A stretch of DNA of 64,000 bases, from contig OX597836.1 of NCBI GenBank assembly GCA_951406725.2, forward strand, positions 23,064,001-23,128,000, given 5' to 3'. Below the pieces are notes generated by a model, which saw only the letters and a program-made list of their open reading frames with translations, ran no database searches and was not told where the DNA came from. Position 1 is the stretch's first letter. The number at the start of each line of letters is the position of its first letter. This DNA is from Octopus vulgaris. Taxonomy: Eukaryota. Shown here one piece after another: positions 41,404 to 55,249 of the stretch. The position numbers and the translations under genes are program-made.

Positions 41404-42078
41404 TTATACATACACATATATATATATACATATATACATACATTTATATATACACATACATACAAATACATTTATATATACACTTATACGTACATATTAC
41501 ACAAGAATATATATACATATATGCATACTTATAGATGTGTATGTACGTACACACACACACATACATATATTATATATATCATCATCGTTTAATGTCTATC
41601 TTCTATGCTGGCATAGTTGAAATCCAAAATGTAAAGTGCATCACCAACAATAAAACATAAGGAGAGTTCTGTGGAAAATGAAATACATCAAAATAAATTG
41701 TTTGGTTGGTGGTATGAAGTGGTAAGATTAAACAACTTCTTCAGCTGATACTTATTGTTCAAGAGTTGAGTGAACTCTTGGTAAATGTAACATTAGACTT
41801 TCTGCTCCTCACAGCATTATTCAACTTATTCAACAGGCAAACACAATGCAAACACACTTGTGCCACACTCATTAAGTGCATGTGGCCTCCTGATGTAGGA
41901 TGGAGATTCAGTAATGCTAGGGAGGTGAACAATTAATTTAAATCGTAATAGATGATGTGTACATGTCGTTTTCCAAGCACATGATCTCAGGCTTGTGTGG
42001 CACCTTGAACAAGTGTCTTCTACTGTAGCCTTGTGAGTTAATTTGGTAGATAGAAACTGAAAGAAGCCTGTCACATGC

Positions 42079-42135
<57 letters not shown>

Positions 42136-42141
<6 letters not shown>

Positions 42142-42307
42142 TAAATGGTACAACGAAGTACCGATATTTACTGGAAATAGCGAACGTAATAACAAAGTGC
42201 TGATAAATATCGGTACTTCGTTGTACCATTTATTTACTTTTATGTATAATTTTACCCCCACGGGCTATTCTTTACTGGAATGCAATACGAGAGTATTGCA
42301 TTACTAT

Positions 42308-42311
<4 letters not shown>
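42136..42311. mobile_element. Fold-back element between two (TA)n tracts
   Basis: Arms taaatggtacaacgaagtaccgatattta / taaatatcggtacttcgttgtaccattta. Confidence 0.6.
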
Positions 42312-42348
<37 letters not shown>

Positions 42349-45169
42349 TACTGGGTGGGCCAAAAGTCATGCACAAAATAAGTTCAACCTGCTCTGGAAC
42401 TGTCAAAGACATGCTTCAATGTTTAAAAACACCAGAAAGTAAAAGTGATCAGATCATAAACTAATGACAGAGCCTTAATGTGGTTGCTCTATTTGCAAGA
42501 AATAGCAGCTGAATTTCTTTTAAATTACACCTTAATCTGTTATAAAAAAAATTTTAAAAACATATTAGATAATGTGATCCTAGTTACAGTATACTTAGAT
42601 AAAAGGTTTGACATTGTGGTCACAGCTGGAATGCTTTTGATCAGAGGTCAACCCAAACAGAGTTGTCCCATGGTTAAACAACAGCAAGCTATCAGATTAT
42701 TTATAGATCTGACTGATTCTGTAATAGTTACTCATCCAAGTTAGTCTGGCATGATGACAGTTGTACCACAACTCGTTGACTGACCGGTCCAAATCAAGAT
42801 AATCAATTGGTGCATTCATTATTCATGCTTACAACAAGAACAACAATACCTACAATATTTGTCGACACAAAAATTTATTGATACATCATTATCAATGAAA
42901 TGGAAATTAACGCTTAATTAACATTACAAAACTGGGTCAGTTTACTTAGTAAAGATACATGACTAATTCCCTACATTGTATGAAGCAAGTTAAAACCCTG
43001 AATAACCAGAGGACTATGGGATCTTGTACCAATATCAACAAGGTGTGTCTCTGTCAGTCGATCAACTGAAGTGTCTACTCATTGTTTTATACATAACTGA
43101 GTATTCCACAGGTACATCATATTTTCCGGTACACAAGTCAATGTAGCATTCAATGTAAACATTCAGTGTTGCTATCTTTCCATGCTCTGATGTATTTCAC
43201 ATAGAATTGTTAATCCTTCAAAGCCATTTTGGTGTATAAATCAATCTAACTTTTGGGGCTGTAAATTTTGGTCTGAAAATTCTGTAATACTCAGGCAGAG
43301 AGGCTGTGTGGTAAGTAGCTTGTTTACCAACCACATGGTTCCAAGTTCAGTCCAACTGCGTGGCACCTTGGGCAAGTGTCTTCTACTATAGCTTCGGGCC
43401 GACCAAAGCCTTGTGAGTGGATTTGGTAGACGGAAACTGAAAGAAGCCCGTCGTATATATGTATATGTTTATGTATGTGTGTTTCTCCCATCCAACATCG
43501 CTTGACAACCGATGCTGGTGTGTTTATGTCCCCGTCACTTAGCGGTTCGGCAAAAGAGACCGATAGAATAAGTACTGGGCTTACAAAGAATAAGTCCCAG
43601 GGTCGAGTTGCTCGATTAAAGGTGGTGCTCCAGCATGGTCACAGTCAAATGACTGAAACAAGTAAAAGAGTATACCAAAGTGTGAGCCAAGACTGGATCT
43701 TTGAATTAAATGTATGGCTCAGTTGGTATTATTTCCCTTAAAAGCTTGAGCCAGTGCCATGTTAAAGTAAAATAAACTTAACCAAGGTATTGTGTATTGG
43801 GATCAAATGTAGAACATCTTGATTGTAGAGCAAACTGATCATGCATTTAACCCTGTTTGAATCTATGAATGACTACTGACAAACATATAAATATGCATGA
43901 ATTGGCACTGACCAGACCTGAGCAAGAACCTGGTAGCCAGTACCATGCTTCACTATATATGTATCATCATCATCATCATCGTTTAACGTCCGCTTTCCAT
44001 GCTAGCATGGATTGGACGATTTGACAGAGGACTGGCAAACCAGATGGCTGCACCAGGCTCCAATCTTGATCTGGCAGTTTCTACAGCTGGATGCCCTTCC
44101 TAACGCCAACCACTCAGAGTGTAGTGGGTGCTTTTACATGCCCCCAGCACGAGGGCCAGTCAGGTGGTACTGGCAATGGCCATGAAAAATCTTTTTTTTT
44201 GTGGGGGGGGTATTTTTTTTTTTAAATCAATTTAGAAAATAATTATTATGATTATGAGGAGGATTGGGGCTAAAAAACAATAACAGCCCAAATATACTAA
44301 TATATGCATATACTAATATATCACCTTGAAGACAGTATGTTCAATCAAAATTCAAGCTATTTTTTATTTTTTTCATCAAGGTAGCTTGCTAGGTGTTCAT
44401 GGTCCCCTCCTTAGTTCTTTGGGCCCTGGAGCAATGTATTAGCTGAAGTCCACTCTTATATACCCTACACCCACTTACACACCTTCACATAAATATTACA
44501 AAATTTTCAGTTTGGTTATAACAGTTAAAGAATTTTATAATTTCCAACTTAAAAGAGATAAAATACAATTTCAATTAATTTCAGTTTGTTAGGATTGTAA
44601 ATAACAAGACTTTATACAATTCTTCATTGGGTATGTCTGCCTCAATAAAGATGTTTTAAAAAATAGTTATTAAAAATAAAACAAAAAATACATCCAAGTT
44701 GAGCTTCAAGAGAAACTGATTTAGTGAAATGGTTAATCCACATTTCTCTGTAAGGAGCATAGAGCCATTTCTCTGGTGTATATATATATTCCTCCCTGGA
44801 TGGGGATGTTGGTCTGTCATGCGATTACTCATTTTTACATACTGAGCGAACTGGAGCAACATGAAATGAAGTGTTTTGCTCAAGAACAACACATCGCCCA
44901 GTTCAGGAATCAAAACCACTACCTTTCAATCAAGAATCCCAACACCCATGCACTTCCACAATGGTGTGTATGTGGGTCACACCTCTTTAGTAAATTACAA
45001 TGTTAAATATAATGAACCTGCAGACCTCAGAATATAGGGAAGGACCCATAGTGGAAGTCGATTCAGTGTTGAGTACACAACATCTATCCTAATTTTAGTA
45101 ACTCAAATGATATTGAAGAATACAAAGTTGAAGCTAAACAACACAGCATAAAGAAACTTCACATTGTCT

Positions 45170-45530
45170 CTAGAACTGGGCGCCACTGCATAGTGCCAAG
45201 GACTCCAAATTCGCCATCAAGATGTAGGACAAGATACTGTGATAGCCTGGGCTTCAGAGGTCCACAGCTCTTCAATACCCTCCCAAAGAACCTGAGAGAC
45301 CTGCATGGGGTGGATGCAGATGTCTTTAAATAAAATTGGATCTCTTCGTGTCAGGTGTCCCAAATGAACCAACTTCACAGCAGGAGGTGCAGATGAGGGC
45401 AGCTGCATCGAACTCTCTCATGCACCAAATGGCAATTGCTAAAAAGCATTCGTGAAGTAAAATCATGTAGCAATACTGAATGGCAGTGCCCCAGCATGGC
45501 CACAGCTCATGAGCTGAAACTAGATAAAAT
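45170..45530 (+). mobile_element. CR1-type LINE 3' end (RT C-terminus plus 3' tail)
   Basis: GRHCIVP...SLGFRGPQLFNTLPKNLRDLHGVDADVFK...VPNEP; tail TGGCAGTGCCCCAGCATGGCCACAGCTCATGAGCTGAAACTAGATAAAA. Confidence 0.8.
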
Positions 45531-46174
45531 ATATAAATATATATTGAATGTAGTTGTCAGCTTTCTTTGTCAGCAAATATTTTAAGGTCTTTAAACATGC
45601 TTAAATCTTATCAGATAACAGACACCACAATAAAAATAGGGATAGACACAGTTATATATCACTGACTGGATAAGTATCGAGATTTATTGAAACGGAGCTG
45701 ATCAGAGAGACAGCGCTCACTAGCAGTAACAGCAGTACACAACAGTTTTATAAACATTAGCTGTAAGATCTGTCATAACTAAATATTTATTAGCTGTAAT
45801 GACTGAGTAAATAGTGGCTAATGCTTTACAGGAGGTTTTTCAAGCTTTTATTTTATTTTTTGCTTTGATATGAAATAAGTTCTTTATTTTTATTGTATAA
45901 GTGTGATGGTGTGATGTTCATGCTATTGCTTATATCAGTGAAGGGATTCCAAAACTTGAGCCAAGACAATCATAAACATAAGAGTATGCTCCTGCACAAC
46001 AGCTCCTCTGACAAAATCAAAAATATAAGAGAACATAGATTGTGTCATATAGCCAGCTGGAGACGATGTCTCCTGGGGCTAAAATACAGCAACATTAGTC
46101 CTAAACCAAGAGTGCCATGTTATGTTGGCAAACAATCTTTACTACAAAATCAGAAACATTCACTAGGTTTGACT

Positions 46175-46409
46175 GTTAAGTTAAGTTAATTTTTTGGCTC
46201 AAAAAGTAAAAAGCAAGGCCATGTAGGGGGACATGGAGTTATGTACAGGGAGGGTGTTCATGCAAAGAGTTCAGGCCATTTCTGGTCAAGAGAGACTTTG
46301 AACCAAGCGGTCATCGGCATCTTCACTATCTCATCCGGAAGCTTATTCCACGGATCCGCAACCCGGACGGAGAAAGCCCCTCTCCTTCGATTGAGATGAA
46401 ACTGCTTGA
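46175..46409 (-). mobile_element. CR1 LINE 3' end
   Basis: HLNRRRGAFSVRVADPWNKLPDEIVKMPMTAWFKVSLDQKW; (AACTT)n tail. Confidence 0.85.
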
Positions 46410-47807
46410 CCTACTAGAAATAATTCCTAAATCTCCCTTAAAATACACCCTGCATACTTAAAAAAAAAAAGGAAGGACACACGATCCAATGAGTAGAGTC
46501 TCTATACAGTTGCCTGATCTAGTAGAAATACAAGTCAAATCTCCCACAAATCACACCCTACTATTTCAAAAATGACACACAAATGTGATCCTAGCTACAT
46601 CATGTCTAGAAAATAAACAAGGTAAATAGTCACAGCTATTCCAGCCATCTTTTTGGATCAAAGTTCTGTTTGATTTAAGGCGACCTAGGGCTGAACAACA
46701 ACACCAAATCCAACAAATACCAAGATAACTTCTTACTGCTGAAGTAGCTTAACCCAAGAAAAACACTAATTGGATAAACCAATGGCTACAAGGCTTTCCA
46801 TGCATGACCACCTCGTCTGTTTCTATGTCCAAGGTTACATTGCTTTATGTCTCTATTAAGGTGGTAAAGTATGATTTGAGAGAAATTTGGCTATTGATCC
46901 TTGCAGAGCAAGCCATCACATAGAGACCTCCCACCACCACCTCCTCTTCAGTGTTGGTTTATGTAAGAACTCTTGTATCTAAGAGGTTAAAGAGTAACAC
47001 ATGCTCCAGCAATAATACCGGATTACTGGTCCAGATATGTATGTATGTATGCAAAGGCTCTAAGACAAATTTGGTAAAGCAGAATAAAACTACTTTCAGG
47101 CCCAGTAGGAGAAGTGTTCTCTCAATATTGAAAGGAGCTTTAAGAGGCCCAGTAGACAGTCACCAGCTCTCTCCAGAGTGATATACCACTTAAAATAACT
47201 TTAATTCAGGAAGATAGATGCAAGTTTGGCTGTGCAGTTAAGAGATTTACTTCACAATCACAGAGCTTTGCATTCAGTCACTCTGTAGCCCCCTACCATA
47301 ACTCTGGGCCAACCTATGCTTTGTGAAGGTTTTTTCATAGATGGAAACTGAAAGACGGTCTAAATATTTGTGCGTGTTTACAATATGCAGTAAGCCATAC
47401 TGTAGACTGTGAGGTCATCATATGCAGGTGGACTGCACCATTGACATTTGTTGGCATTTTCTGGCAAATTGTTTGCTTCAAAATCCTCTGGAATTAAAAC
47501 TGGCTCACTTGAAAAAGTAACCAGAAGAGCATCTGATTATAAAACTTTTGTTTCAAGTACCTCCCCCCCTATAATCATTGCTCACATAGAAAAACAAATG
47601 TTAAATAAACAAACAAACAAACAAACAATATTTATGTGAACAGCACATTGCCCAAGAAGCCACAGTTTGAGAGTCTCCGGATATGTTTATAGGAAGACAA
47701 CAGCAACGAAGTAGCACAAGTGTCTTGAAACCATATCATCATCATCATTTAATGTCCATTTTCCATGCTGGCATGGGTTGGACAGTTTGACAGGAGTTGG
47801 CAAGCCA

Positions 47808-48030
47808 GCGGCGAGCTGGCAGAATCGTTAGCACGTCGGGCGAAATGCGTAGCCGTATTTCGTCTGTCGTTACGTTCTGAGTTCAAATTCCGCCGAGGTC
47901 GACTTTGCCTTTCATCCTTTCGGGGTCGATAAATTAAGTACCAGTTACGCACTGGGGTCGATGTAATCGACTTAATCCCCTCGTTTGTCCCCTCTATGTT
48001 TAGCCTCCTGTGGGCAATAACGAAATAAAT
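47808..48030 (+). mobile_element. tRNA-derived SINE family B, representative copy
   Basis: Head GGCGAGCTGGCAGAA...GAGTTCAAATTCC; core GCCTTTCATCCTTTCGGGGTCGATAAATTAAGTACCAG (resembles the Meta-SINE domain as I recall it); copies ~4300-4528(-), 8117-8348(-), 21872-22101, 38767-38987(-) and older variants. Confidence 0.8.
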
Positions 48031-48444
48031 TTGGCATATGACCATTTCTCACCACTTCATCCCACAGCTTCCTAGGTCTACCTTTTCCACGGGTTTCCTC
48101 CACAATTACAGGTGTGCAATTCTTTATGCAGTTGTCCTCATCCATTTGTGTTACATGTTACATTGAAAAGGGGATAATGTTGTGTGGAAGGGAAGTAACC
48201 AAAACATTGTTAAAATAAGCAATAAGATTTGCAGAAATTAGTGATGATCAGAGGCAGTAATTAATGAGAAATAGAAACAGCTTGAAACTGGAATAAACTA
48301 GTTTGATGTAAAGACAAGAAGTCTTATGTTTCAGGCAGTGACTTATGTTGGAGATGGGTTTGTAAGTTTGCTTCTATATAAGAATACTGGATTTTTTAGA
48401 CCTGTTTCTCAAAGTAAAGTGGAGCTACGAGGATTTTAAAAAAT

Positions 48445-48825
48445 GTGTGGTAGGTAGCTTGCTTACCAACCACATGGTTCCGGGTTCAGTCCCACTGCGT
48501 GGCAAATTGGGCAAGTGTCTTCTACTATAGCCTCGAGCCGACCAAAGCCTTGTGAGTGGATTTGGTAGACGGAAACTGAAAGAAGCCTGTCGTATATATG
48601 TATATATATATGTGTGTGTGTGTGTGCGTGTTTGTGTCTGTCCCCCCAACATTGCTTGATAACCGATGCTGGTGTGTTTACATCCCCGTAACTTAGCGGT
48701 TCGGCAAAAGAGACTGATAGAATAAGTACTAGGCTTACAAAGAATAAGTTCTGGAGTCGATGTGCTCGACTAAAGGCGGTGCTCCAGCATGGCCGCAGTC
48801 AAATGACTGAAACAAGTAAAAGAGT
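48445..48825 (+). mobile_element. tRNA-derived SINE family A, representative copy
   Basis: tRNA-like head (GGTTCAGTCCC B-box), internal (TA/TG)n, CR1-like tail CAGCATGGCCGCAGTCAAATGACTGAAAC; other copies ~529-897(-), 10335-10670, 11087-11800, 26520-26912(-), 33545-33930, 43295-43672, 49357-49712(-), 58720-59120, 59125-59525 plus partials. Confidence 0.85.
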
Positions 48826-51800
48826 AGGACAGGCAAATTGCCAAGTTTCTTAAAACTGAGATGGTTTTAAAACTTCAAAAATTTGTCCAACGTCATTGTG
48901 GAGAAAGAAAAAGAATTATATATAGGTAAATTATTTAAAAATTTTTTTTCATTAATAGAGGATTTCACTAATTTTGGGACTAGTATTAGTTTAGACTAGT
49001 ATTTCCCAGCCTATGTTCTCCCAGGCCCCACTATAACTTTCCAGAAAAATATATGTCCCACTAGTGGTTGAAAACAAAATCTACTGGTAACTTTTATTAT
49101 GAAACTGAGTACAAAAAAAACGTTCATTATTGACTAAGGAAAAAAAAAATGAATCACTTTCATGGCAATTACAGCACCACACCCCACCAGTGGGGAATCA
49201 CTGGTTTAGAAGAAACAATTTTTGTCAACATCTTGTGTATGTGTGTTTCTGTATGTGTGTGAAAATGCGAATGAATGAATGTAAATGCATGTGTTTGTGT
49301 ACATGTGTGGAGGTTGTGTGTATGTATATTTCTGTGCCTGTGTGAATGTGAGAGTAACTCTTTTACTTGTTTCAGTCATTTGACTGTGGCCATGCTAGAG
49401 CACCACCTTTAGTCGAGCAAATCGACCCCAGGACTTACTCTTCGTAAGCCTAGTACTTATTCTATCGGTCTCTTTTGCCGAACCGCTAAGTTACGGGGAC
49501 GTAAACACACCAGCATCGGTTGTCAAGCGATGTTGGGGGGACAAACACAGACACGTAAACACATACACAATACATATAAACGACTGGCTTCTTTCAGTTT
49601 CCGCCTATCAAATCCACTCACAAGGCATAGGTCGGCCCGAGGCTATAGTAGAAGACTGAACCCGGAACCATGGGTTCGTAAGCAATCTACTTACCACACA
49701 GCCATTCCTACGCCTATAAGTAAAGGAATTTTAAAAAACAAAACACACACACACAAAGCTCCATAGTCGGTTCAATCTGAGGTTCTGTTTAAGTCTAAAG
49801 AATGGTATAGACATGGCTGAGACAAGTAGATCATCTAAATGATTTACATTTAGTTTCAGACCATTTCGTTACGAGTTCAAATTTTGCTAGGATCAACACT
49901 GACTTACATATTTCAAAGATTCAAAATTTTCAATAATTTGTTTGACTTTTGTTAAAACCAATCAATTATATTGATTTCTAAGAGGGTTACTAAATGGTCG
50001 TTCATCCTGCTGGAAACAGTACTAAAGTCTCCCTTGAATCATATCCTTCTGTTTTGAAAAAAGAACACACTGGAAAATGTAATTATACACAGCCATACCT
50101 GCATCTATGTTTAAATCGCTCTTCGAAAAACTGGTGTTTGGGTTAAAACTAAATATCCTGTGATTTCTTACAGCTGAGCAACAAAGTCTTGTATAACTGA
50201 CCGTAGAACAAAATGGGATATAGCAATCATGCTTTATCCCCTTGTCAATGGGTGTCTTGAATGAGATTAAGTAGCTTTCAACTGGGAACGAACTCACAAA
50301 AGCAGAGAACAAACGTACGTTACTGACTTATGGCTCACACACCCACTGTTTGTGTACACAAACACACACATGTATCTATAATTCAAACTCCAGGAGTGGC
50401 AGAAAACGGAAAACGAGCGTCTGTACTTTATATAGGGTATATATATACAGGACATACACACTATACACACACACAAGCGGACACTTGAAATATATTCATT
50501 AATACTTACTTTGGAGTGCTTGGGAGTGTTTACAAGTTTAAAAATACACTGAACATTACGCGTGCTTATTATTTGTTTTATAATTTCTCCACAGCTGCAG
50601 TAAAACTCGAGATGATGTGGAAGAATTGTTTAATGCAAAATACAATCAATTTGTAACATTTCATGTCATGCCACAAAAGGAAAATATAAATAAGAGTTAA
50701 GCTGTTTAGCCCCAAAATTAAAGAAAGGTGTTCTAAACATCCCCACACCCTTTTGACAAGCATTGCTCAGGTAGAAGTATATATTTATGTCCCGGCCCTT
50801 TTCGAGACAGCAGACTGTGATTTGAGCAAGATTCGATCGCTATTTCCAGCAGATCGAGCGACCACGCAGGAGGCGTTTCCTTGTCGACTGAGTTATTTCT
50901 GTAGATTTTATTTTAAGCCAGGATATAAATATTATCATCACGTTTCTTGCCTGTCGTACAATGTTCCAAGCTTACAAAAATAATATACAATTACATATGT
51001 CATTTATTGTTTACACACCCAGAACATATACCCAATTTAAACCCATTTAAAATATTGTTTGCCGTTGTGTGGAAAGAATTATATATATACACACACATAT
51101 CTGAATTTTTATAGTATGAAATATCCATCACGACTGGGATATTTAATACTATAAATTTTGGATAATAAACTCACTTTACTGACAGATATACGAGAGCATC
51201 TTCTCCCTGACTTATAGTCTCTTAGACGTCTCACGTGTGTATAAATATATATATATATATATATATATCTCAAGATCTACATAAGTACTTCAGAAAGTCT
51301 ATGTCCAATTATGAGAGTGGACTGCAAGCGTGTATACACACACACATACACACAAACATATATATATATATATGGGTATTAACGAATAATGGAGCTTGTG
51401 TGTGTCTACGTTATGTAATACAACTACTTCTAATAATAATAATAAAATGAGTTACCAATTAAAAAATAACAAGACTTGATTTGAGTGTATGTATGTGTGT
51501 GGACACATAAACACAACACCATAAGAAATAGCAATTACAAGCAGATGCAAGCGTAAAATACAGATGTTATTCTCCAAACAATTGAATGTTTAATGAGAGA
51601 AAACGAAAGAATAGAAGCAACAAGCAAATATATCAATATATATATAATATATTATCGGATCATTACAGGAATCAGAAAAATAATTTAATTTGACGAGGCA
51701 CAAAGCCAAATTTCACAGGGGAAAGAGGTCTCATGTTATGGAATCTTCCTCCTGGGTCCTTATTTGACGAACCCTGACAGAATCAGAGATAAGGGTTCAA

Positions 51801-51923
51801 ACTCTCTGAGAGAAGTGAGTTCAGAACCAAAAGAAATGACAATACAGACATAATGTCAAATGGTTAAAGTGGTTTAGTTCGATGCTTGGCCCACCTCGGT
51901 TATTAAATAAATCGTCGTAAATA

Positions 51924-52178
51924 GTTTCACTGTGACTAGAATGTAAAGTGGTAATTTAATAATAATTACCACTTTACATTCTAGTCACAGTGAAACTATA
52001 ATGTTTCCCGATGTGAATTTTCCGAGTCTCCCGTTCCGAGTCTCCCCACCTCCCGTTCGCGAGCGCACATTTTTTATCATATTCGTTTAGGGCAAGTTGT
52101 TTTACACCTATTACACTATTTTTCTTTCGTTTTTTTTGCTCGGGTCAAACGCTTTAGTTTAACAAATTTTTTTAGGTG
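51924..52178. mobile_element. Fold-back insertion with 15-bp TSD
   Basis: Perfect 36-bp inverted arms 51921-51956 / 51964-51999; AAATCGTCGTAAATA repeated at 51909-51923 and 52179-52193. Confidence 0.7.
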
Positions 52179-52568
52179 AAATCGTCGTAAATATCAAGGA
52201 TTAAATAGTTGAAAGCAACAAGTTTGAGTATAGTGAAAGTAAAGTTATTAACGCTCCCTACGCAAAGAAAAACAAACGTTGGCAATAAACCCAATTAATA
52301 TAAGAAACAGAAAAAAATATAATAAACTTTAGAAATGTTTCTTTGCCTACCTCACCTCGGTGGACGTAGAACATCGGTCAGTGCTTGCTAAATGTGGAAC
52401 ACGAACTGAACGAGATGAGTAATGCGAGAGTTAACCACTCTTGTTAGTTCCCGCTACGAGGGCTTGGTGGCGCTGGTGTTTAATTAATGTAATTCATTCC
52501 AGGAAACAAGAACCTGCTTCCAGTCGAGCTGCGGTGGGGACAGCATTAACACTTTTATATGCCAGATT

Positions 52569-53320
52569 TATTTCTTTATTGCCCACAGGAGGCTAAACAT
52601 AGAGGGGACAAACGGGGGGATTAAATCGATTACATCGACCCCATTAATTAACTGGTACTTATTTAATCGACCCTGAAAGGATGAAAGGCAAAGTCGGCCT
52701 CTGCGGAATTTGAACTCAGAACGTAGCGGTAGACGAAATACCTGTTTCTTTATTACCCACAAGGGGCTAAACATAGACGGGACAAACAAGGACAGACATA
52801 GGTATTGAGTCGATTACATCAACCCCAGTACATAACTGGTACTTAATTTATCGACCCCGAAAGGATGAAAGGCAAAGTCGACCTCTGCGGAATTTGAACT
52901 CAGAACGTAGCGGTAGACGAAATACCCGTTTCTTTACTACCCACAAGGGGCTAAACATAGACGGGACAAACAAGGACAGACATAGGTATTAAGTTGATTA
53001 CATCAACCCCAGTACATAACTGGTACTTAATTTATCGACCCCGAAAGGATGAAAGGCAAAGTCGACCTCGGCGGAATTTGAACTCAGAACGTAACGGCAG
53101 ACGAAATACCCGTTTCTTTACTACCCACAAGAGGCTAAACATAGAGGGGACAGACAAACGGATTGAGTCGATTACATCGACCTCAGTGCGTAACTGGTAC
53201 TTAATTTATCGACCCCGAAAGGGTGAAAGGCAAAGTCGACCTCGGCGGAATTTGAACTCAGAACGTAACGGCAGACGAAATACCGCTAGACATTTCGCAC
53301 GGCGTGCTAACATTTCTGCC
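52569..53320 (-). repeat. Head-to-tail tandem array of 4 SINE family B units
   Basis: ~180-bp period; only the first unit (ending 53320) has the 5' head. Confidence 0.9.
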
Positions 53321-54288
53321 TACTAGAAATATTTCTAGCATAGACACAAAGCTAGAATTTTTTATTGAGAAGGGAACGGTTGGTTATATCGATCTCAGTA
53401 CTTGATTAGTACTGTATTTTTCGATCTCGGGAGGATGGAATGCAAAATAGATCTCGGCGGATTTGAACACAGAACATAAAGAATCGGAATAGATACTGCA
53501 AGGCATTTTCCTCTAACACCCAACTAAGTACCTGAAATATCTAGCAACTGTGAATAAATATAGCGCACAAGAAATTTCTGGAGAATCACCCAGTTAAGAA
53601 CTTTTGACAACTGTCAGTAATAGCAATTTCAGTTGTTCTCAAATTAAAGAACAAAAAAATACTTAGTGAGTCTGTGTTCGATTGACTTGCTAGAAATAGC
53701 TACCAAATCTCCTTCAAATTACACCTTACAGTCTTAACAAGACGTTTTCGGGTTAATGTAGTCCTTGCTACACTTATACCTTCTTCTAGATTATTGCTTC
53801 AACGTCTTTGACAATACTTTTTTGTTTTTGTTTTGTTTCTTTCGATCAAAGTTGATTTGAGGATCACACACAAGTTAGATCGTCACTACGTTCTCATTCA
53901 CCCGACCTGCTAGAAAATCTCCCACTAATCATTCGCCGCTGGAACTGCTTCCGTCATAAATATATTTGAACAGGACAGACTTAGAGGGAAAGCAACAACA
54001 ATTAAGGAGTCTCTAAGTTTTGGAGGTGTTTTTTTTATTAAACTATTTTTGGCATTCCTTCGATATTGATCTACAGAGTGTCAGTATGAGGAGACGACGT
54101 CATTCACCCTCTTTTTCAGCTTAGTTTCGTTATGTATGTCGTGAGAGTAAGTTGTGAGGGAAGCTAAAAAATTTGCTTAATATATTTCTATCCTTCTTCA
54201 CCAGACTAATGAAATCATTATCATAATCAACACCACTGCTGAAGTTGCCACCTGTTCCTGTAAGCGCCAATATGACTTAAAAAGATAG

Positions 54289-55057
54289 GGCGGTGAGCTG
54301 GCAGAAACGTTAGCACGCCGGGCGAAATGCGTAACCGTATTTCGTCTGCCGTTACGTTCTGAGTTCAAATTCCGCCGAGGTCGACTTTGCCTTTCATCCT
54401 TTCGGGGTCGATAAATTAAGTACCAGTTACGCACTGGAGTCGATATAATCGACTTAATCCGTTTGTCTGTCCTTGTTTGTCCCTTCTGTGTTTAGCCCCT
54501 TGTGGGTAGTAAAGAAATCGGTATTTCGTCTGCCGCTAGGTTCTGAGTTCAAATTCCGCTGAGGTCGACTTTGTCTTTCATCCTTTCGGGGTCGATTAAA
54601 TGAGTACCAGTTATGCACTGGGGTCGACTTAATCCATTTGTCTGTCCTTGTTTGTCCCCACTATGTGTAGCCCCTTGTGGGCAGTAAAGAAATAGGTATT
54701 TCATCTGTCTTTACGTTCAGAGTTCAAATTCTGCTGAGGTCGACGTTGCCTTTCATCCTTTCAGGATTGATAAATTAAGTGTCCGTTGCGTAATGGGTCA
54801 ATCTAATCGACTGGATCCCTCCCCAAAAACTTTCTGGCCTTGTGCCTAGAGTAGAAAAAAAACTGTTAGCATGCAGGGCAAAATCCTTCACAGCATTTCG
54901 TCCTTCTTTACGTCCTGAGTTCAATTTCCACCTAGGTTGACTGAGCCCTTCATCCTTTTTAGGATTGATAAAATAAGTACCAGTTAGAGCACTGGGGGTG
55001 GTGTAATCAATTTATCCCCTCCCAGAAATTGCTGGCCTTGTGCCAAAATTTGAAACT
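54289..55057 (+). repeat. Tandem array of SINE family B units, opposite orientation to 52569-53320
   Basis: Full head at 54289; later units start at GGTATTTCGTC; last units are older variants. Confidence 0.85.
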
Positions 55058-55249
55058 AATGTGACTTCAAAAGATGTCAATCAGCTGGTTCTGCTTTGCA
55101 TATGAATAACAAGGATCAAACTGGTAAAAAGTTGCAAGAATTTTGCCATATTTAGAGAAAACTACTATAGAAGCCAAGTCCAATATCTTCAGTCTTTGGT
55201 TCACAAATCCCTAATTAAGAGCCCATGCTCAAAGTGATGATTTGATCAG

